A stretch of 64,000 bases of DNA, taken from contig JBMOHF010000002.1 of assembly GCA_049317985.1 (NCBI GenBank), positions 29,752 to 93,751 of the forward strand. The letters are read 5' to 3'. This stretch comes from Patescibacteria group bacterium. Lineage in GTDB: Bacteria; Patescibacteriota; Patescibacteriia; Patescibacteriales; UBA12465. Shown here piece after piece: positions 59,783-64,000 of the stretch. The stretch's first letter is position 1; each line of letters begins with the position of its first letter. A model generated the notes under the pieces. It made no database searches. It was not told where the DNA came from and worked only from the letters and a program-made list of their open reading frames with translations. Position numbers and translations under genes: made by a program.

Positions 59783-61474
59783 TTAATAAATAAACCAAGC
59801 GTTGCTTGCACCAGAACAATAAATATCCACACTATTATAAGCCGAACTTAAAACCAGAGTCGACGTACCAGAAATACTCCCCGAAGTTGGGGTGATGGTG
59901 ATTTTGTTGGCCGTTGAAACACTTCCGCTTTCATCGCTAACAGTCAGGATTCGACCAGCTGTGCAAACGGCAGCAGGAATTGTCACCACTCTTGGCGCAC
60001 TGATACTAGTATAAGCAATTAAGCGTGAAGTTGTGGTTGCGGAATAATTCGCATCAGCAACTGGTGTTCTGGCAATACTCAAGGTGTTAAGGGTTATTGC
60101 TGAATCAAAATACAGTTTATTAACCGCATCTCCGTCAAATAAAGGATTGGCGACGTTGCCAATTCGATTATTGTTAACATCCAGAGCATAATTACTAATT
60201 GCGTTCGCCAAGACCAAGCTAGCCGTCACCGGAGTAGTTGTTCCAATTCCAATACTGCCGCTGTCGTTAATAAAAATACGATTATTTCCACTGCCATCGG
60301 TGATTAAGACATGATTGGATAAGCCATCTGTTAAAGAAGCATTTGCCCCGATAACCGTGTTATTGGAGCCACTCATAAATGAATTTAATGAGTTATAACC
60401 AACCACTGTGTTGTTCAGACCCTCGACGAAACTAGATAATGCGCTATAGCCGATTACTGTATTATTATCATCATTATCTGAGTCGTACATGTGAGATGTT
60501 CCCATACTTTGTAAGGTATAGTTGCCAATTGACACGTTGTGAGCGCCATAGAGGCCATACTTCATTGCTCGATAACCTATCGCGACGTTATCATATCCAG
60601 CATCATTATCTCCCAGGGCGTCCGAGCCAATTGCTGTGTTTTTGTTTCCAGCACCAACCCCCTCAAAACCAGCCTGTACACTTGATACAGTTTTTACCGC
60701 ACTAAGTGCGCCAGCCCCCACAGCTGTATTGTCAGAGCCCATCGGAGAGGCTTGCAAAGCACCATACCCCAAAGCGGAATTATTCACACCGTCAGTATTA
60801 CCATATAAAGCATTAGAGCCAAAAGCGACTAATCCTGTACCTGTCGTATTGTTTGCGAGAGCTGCGTGGCCAACGGCGGTATTATAACCGACCGTGGTTA
60901 ACTTGAGAGCTTGATAACCAATTGCTACACTACCATATGCACCAACACTCGAGCTGAGCGCTTCGCTACCAACCGCCACGTTCTCTAAACCAGTAGTTGA
61001 AGCAAGGGCACGATAGCCAACCGCCACATTATTTATAACTGATGGACCAGCCATCATCGATTGATAACCGATAGCGGTGTTATATAATCCATTGGTTAAA
61101 GAATAAAGAGATTGAAACCCAAGTGCAACATTACTTGCTCCAGAGTTTAACGAATAAAGTGATTGATAACCAAAGGCGGAATTCCATCTGCCCGTTGTGC
61201 TGTTTTGCAAGGCCTGATAACCAACTGCCGAGTTGTAGCTTCCCTGTGTACCAGTGCCAGATGAACTTTGCCCACCACCCCCGAGCCAAATATTAAAACC
61301 GTTAGCACCAGTTGCTTTATTGCTTGAAAAAAGTAATGAAGTTCCGTTTGTATTCACAGTAAGATTACCAAGAGCGAGCGCTGGTTTTGAATCTAAAAAA
61401 AATAAAGATAAACTGAAAATCACCAAAAGACAAACCGCTGACTTAATTATTTTTTTATTCATATATTTTGTCAT
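59783..61474 (-). CDS. secreted repeat protein with Hep_Hag/YadA-head-like degenerate 14-17-aa repeats (adhesin or fibre-like)
   Basis: Signal peptide, then at least 12 tandem repeats of the form N-[ST]-A-[VIL]-G-[YF]-x-[AS]-L...(T/S)G, and a non-repetitive C-terminal domain. Confidence 0.55.
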   Translation of the reverse strand: MTKYMNKKIIKSAVCLLVIFSLSLFFLDSKPALALGNLTVNTNGTSLLFSSNKATGANGFNIWLGGGGQSSSGTGTQGSYNSAVGYQALQNSTTGRWNSAFGYQSLYSLNSGASNVALGFQSLYSLTNGLYNTAIGYQSMMAGPSVINNVAVGYRALASTTGLENVAVGSEALSSSVGAYGSVAIGYQALKLTTVGYNTAVGHAALANNTTGTGLVAFGSNALYGNTDGVNNSALGYGALQASPMGSDNTAVGAGALSAVKTVSSVQAGFEGVGAGNKNTAIGSDALGDNDAGYDNVAIGYRAMKYGLYGAHNVSIGNYTLQSMGTSHMYDSDNDDNNTVIGYSALSSFVEGLNNTVVGYNSLNSFMSGSNNTVIGANASLTDGLSNHVLITDGSGNNRIFINDSGSIGIGTTTPVTASLVLANAISNYALDVNNNRIGNVANPLFDGDAVNKLYFDSAITLNTLSIARTPVADANYSATTTSRLIAYTSISAPRVVTIPAAVCTAGRILTVSDESGSVSTANKITITPTSGSISGTSTLVLSSAYNSVDIYCSGASNAWFIY

Positions 61475-61536
61475 TTAATTCTTTAATCTAATTATAGCAC
61501 TAACAAAGGGCAACAACAACTTTTTTTGTGTGACAA

Positions 61537-62943
61537 TTACCGACTCAAATAACGATATCCCAGGTTATTAAGATGGCTAAAATAAGGCGAAAAATCTCGA
61601 TCATTATTTTTCTGAAACTTTATTCGCCAAAAAAGTTCGTTCCCGTTTTTATCGGGAAAACTAAGTTCTTTATCCAAATCAGTCCCCAACCAGTCTAGTT
61701 CATTGTTTGAAAGCTGAATCAGCGGACTATTAACACTGAACCCCAGATTTAATCCAAGACCAGAAGCGACAGCGCCTCGAACTAAATATTTTTTTTCGTT
61801 AACATTTTTTGAGACAACTAGACGATCAAAAGAATTATCAAAACCCAAGTCGAAAAAACGCCAAATTTCTGCTTTTTTCTGATTTTCATTATGAACTAAA
61901 AAGTGCAAAGTCCTTGTTTCATTTTGCAGATCAAAAGTTATAAATATTGACTGTGGCTGAGGATTAATTGAATTAAAAATTGAACTGAGATCAACGATAC
62001 CCTGAAGATCTTCCGTTCCGTTCTGCCATAATTTTAAGAAATGGGCACCTGTTTGGTTAGCACCAGCGATATACCAAAAAATTCCTGCTTCATCCTGCAC
62101 CCGAGTCACCTGAGGTAGAAAACCCCCAGCCGTCACCCGGAGACCAAAAAACTCAGAAACATCTCGACCAATTTTATTTTTAAAATGATAAGCCATTCCC
62201 TCGTAGCCGGAATAAAGAAACAAAAAGTCATCTTCTTGTCCACCAAATCCCAAAAAACCATTAGCACGACCAAATTTTGTTTGTCCACTTAAAGAAGTTC
62301 CCTCGCCAATCAATGGGCTAAAAGAAGTTCCATCGAAGAGAAAAAGAGCTAAACTTTCTTGTCCGTTGAAATTAATAATTGCCCCAATCAACCAAGTTTT
62401 TTCAAAAGCATAAATTGCTAATTTTTTTATTCTTTTTTCGGATAACTGTTTTGGCAAAGCCAAATTTTCACCTTTTAGAGAAAGGCTGTTTCCGTTTACC
62501 ACCAAACAATCATTGCCAATACAAGCTTCGGAATAATTAATTTTTTGTGTACAATTAGCGGACCCAGAAACACAAGTTTTTTCTTTGAAAAAAGTATATT
62601 TTGGCGGAAAAATTAGAGCACCAACACTTGTATCCAAAAACATTGTTGTTTCATCCAGATTAAGCCAAGCATCACTTGTAAAACTATCCCCAAAAGAATT
62701 ACGCGACAAAACTTCTAGCGCTGAATTTTCTTCTGAAGATAAATATGGATTAATTACTCCTTGAGCTAATTGATCGGTATTTTTTTGTTCCAGTGTTGAT
62801 TGCTGTTTGTCATAATTATCCGTTAAGGCGAAAAATCCAATAACGACAAACACGAACAAAACACCAGAGAGCAAAGAAAAATAGATTCTACGAAAAGAGT
62901 AGTTTATTTTTTTTCTAGTTGTGCTTTTTTGAGTTCTTTGCAT
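61537..62943 (-). CDS. hypothetical membrane-anchored extracytoplasmic protein
   Basis: 468 aa; single N-terminal TM segment; no recognisable family. Confidence 0.45.
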   Translation of the reverse strand: MQRTQKSTTRKKINYSFRRIYFSLLSGVLFVFVVIGFFALTDNYDKQQSTLEQKNTDQLAQGVINPYLSSEENSALEVLSRNSFGDSFTSDAWLNLDETTMFLDTSVGALIFPPKYTFFKEKTCVSGSANCTQKINYSEACIGNDCLVVNGNSLSLKGENLALPKQLSEKRIKKLAIYAFEKTWLIGAIINFNGQESLALFLFDGTSFSPLIGEGTSLSGQTKFGRANGFLGFGGQEDDFLFLYSGYEGMAYHFKNKIGRDVSEFFGLRVTAGGFLPQVTRVQDEAGIFWYIAGANQTGAHFLKLWQNGTEDLQGIVDLSSIFNSINPQPQSIFITFDLQNETRTLHFLVHNENQKKAEIWRFFDLGFDNSFDRLVVSKNVNEKKYLVRGAVASGLGLNLGFSVNSPLIQLSNNELDWLGTDLDKELSFPDKNGNELFWRIKFQKNNDRDFSPYFSHLNNLGYRYLSR

Positions 62944-62983
62944 TGCTAAGAAGTTTAAATCTTAAGAATATTATAGCAACAAT

Positions 62984-63019
62984 AAAAAATCCCCGCAAAA
63001 TAATCGCCGGGATTTTTTT
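62984..63019. terminator. bidirectional hairpin terminator
   Basis: TCCCCGC-N9-GCCGGGA stem with an A-run upstream and a T-run downstream. Confidence 0.5.
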
Positions 63020-63038
63020 CACTGACTTAAGATTTAAT

Positions 63039-63695
63039 TTATTTAACAATCATTGCACCAACTTCACCGCGACTTTTGTGTCCGGGAACAGTGCAAGAAA
63101 AAGCATATGTCCCGGCTTTAGTTGGGGCATTAAAAGAAATCGCTCGAGTTTCGCTTGGAGCAACACCCATAGCAACAGACTGAAGGCTAACGTCATCAAA
63201 AACCATCACGTGAGAATAACCATCAACAGAACTCAAAGAAATTGTTAAAGATTTACCGGCCGCAACGGTGAAAGTTTTTGGAGAAAAACCAGAAGTGGAG
63301 GCACCAATTTGAATCACATCTTTAGAAAGATTTTTCGCATCAACTGGTAAAGTTTGGCGAGGAGCTTCGGGAGCCATTGGGGCAGCATCGTTTTTCACTG
63401 GCTTCCCTTCTGGCGTTAAAACTACTCCGGTTTTGGAAATTGGATTTGCACCAGGAACAACGGTAGTGGCGGTCTTCAAAATTTCTGGCATATTTGGATC
63501 AACAACTGGTTTTTTTGTGCCATCCGGGGTTGGTGTATTAGTATCTGCACTTTGCTGTTTTTCTGATTGAGAAACAGAAATTGGTTTTTGCATTGAGGAT
63601 GCCCAAATCGCCGCAACAAAGATGACGATCAAGACCAAGCCCAAAACAAAATAAACATTTTTACCTTTTTTCAAGGTCGGCGTTTCGTTTGGCAT
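63039..63695 (-). CDS. membrane-anchored cupredoxin (type-1 blue copper protein, plastocyanin/amicyanin-like)
   Basis: N-terminal TM anchor, Pro/Thr-rich linker, C-terminal cupredoxin domain with copper ligands H (GYSHVMVFDD), C-x2-PGH (FSCTVPGH) and M (GAM). Start placed at MPNETP. Confidence 0.7.
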   Translation of the reverse strand: MPNETPTLKKGKNVYFVLGLVLIVIFVAAIWASSMQKPISVSQSEKQQSADTNTPTPDGTKKPVVDPNMPEILKTATTVVPGANPISKTGVVLTPEGKPVKNDAAPMAPEAPRQTLPVDAKNLSKDVIQIGASTSGFSPKTFTVAAGKSLTISLSSVDGYSHVMVFDDVSLQSVAMGVAPSETRAISFNAPTKAGTYAFSCTVPGHKSRGEVGAMIVK

Positions 63696-63784
63696 ATTAA
63701 GTCTTTTCCCTCTTAACTTGGTAGTCATTTGATTTTTAATAAATCAAATCTATCAAAAGCGGCGGAGGAACAAATTATTTTTTC

Positions 63785-64000
63785 TTATTTAAAATTAAGA
63801 ATGAAACTAGGTTTTTCCTGTTGATTAATTGCTCTGGTTGGCCAGGAACGCCAATCAAAACGGCGACCAGTTAAACGATAGGAGATATCAGCTCGACGAT
63901 CAGAGCGGAAAATTAATTTACTACCATCTATTATATAATAAATGCTGGCTTTTGTCCCAGAAGGAGTGGCGACCACCTCAACGTTATCGTTGTTGAAATC
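63785..64000 (-). CDS. C-terminal fragment of a hypothetical protein (gene continues beyond the window)
   Basis: Open frame running to the window edge; ends ...YYIIDGSKLIFRSDRRADISYRLTGRRFDWRSWPTRAINQQEKPSFILNFK. Confidence 0.3.
   Translation of the reverse strand, partial: DFNNDNVEVVATPSGTKASIYYIIDGSKLIFRSDRRADISYRLTGRRFDWRSWPTRAINQQEKPSFILNFK

Overview
This 64 kb window is AT-rich and densely packed; about 90% of the genes lie on the minus strand. It looks like a small-genome, fermentative bacterium, and the gene content and style are consistent with Patescibacteria/CPR, though that is inference only.

The housekeeping backbone includes mreBCD, proS, ruvA, tyrS, htpX-lemA, ileS, secA, hpf, rseP, frr, holB, gatCA, ligA, a TrmH/SpoU-family methyltransferase and lepB.

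Three minus-strand tRNAs were identified by eye: Gly-CCC, Arg-CCG and Ser-GGA.

A roughly 9 kb surface-glycan locus runs from a polyprenyl-phosphate sugar transferase through several GT2/GT4 and GT17-like transferases and two SAM methyltransferases to a Wzx-type flippase.

A fermentative module encodes pyruvate formate-lyase, its radical-SAM activase and ADP-forming acetyl-CoA synthetase. A Fic/HTH pair (the 'mobile mystery protein A/B' type) with tandem palindromic operators sits between PFL and the synthetase.

A 1406-aa secreted protein carries arrayed FN3 domains and two peptidoglycan-binding domains. A block of secreted proteins follows lepB; it includes a Hep_Hag/YadA-like repeat protein, a tail-fibre-like protein and a membrane-anchored cupredoxin.

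The items most worth a second look:
- the 3' end of tRNA-Ser is repeated two more times downstream of the tRNA, which looks like an att-site scar;
- a GC-rich, hairpin-rich intergenic element between ligA and gatC is a candidate small structured RNA;
- a compact cluster holds two Nudix hydrolases (one with a SEC-C motif), HIT, pyrophosphatase, DinD-like and DUF1653 genes;
- a peptidase S51 (PepE-like) gene is broken by one in-frame TAA;
- a DsbA-like protein has both active-site cysteines replaced by serine.

No CRISPR array, rRNA, integrase or transposase was recognised.
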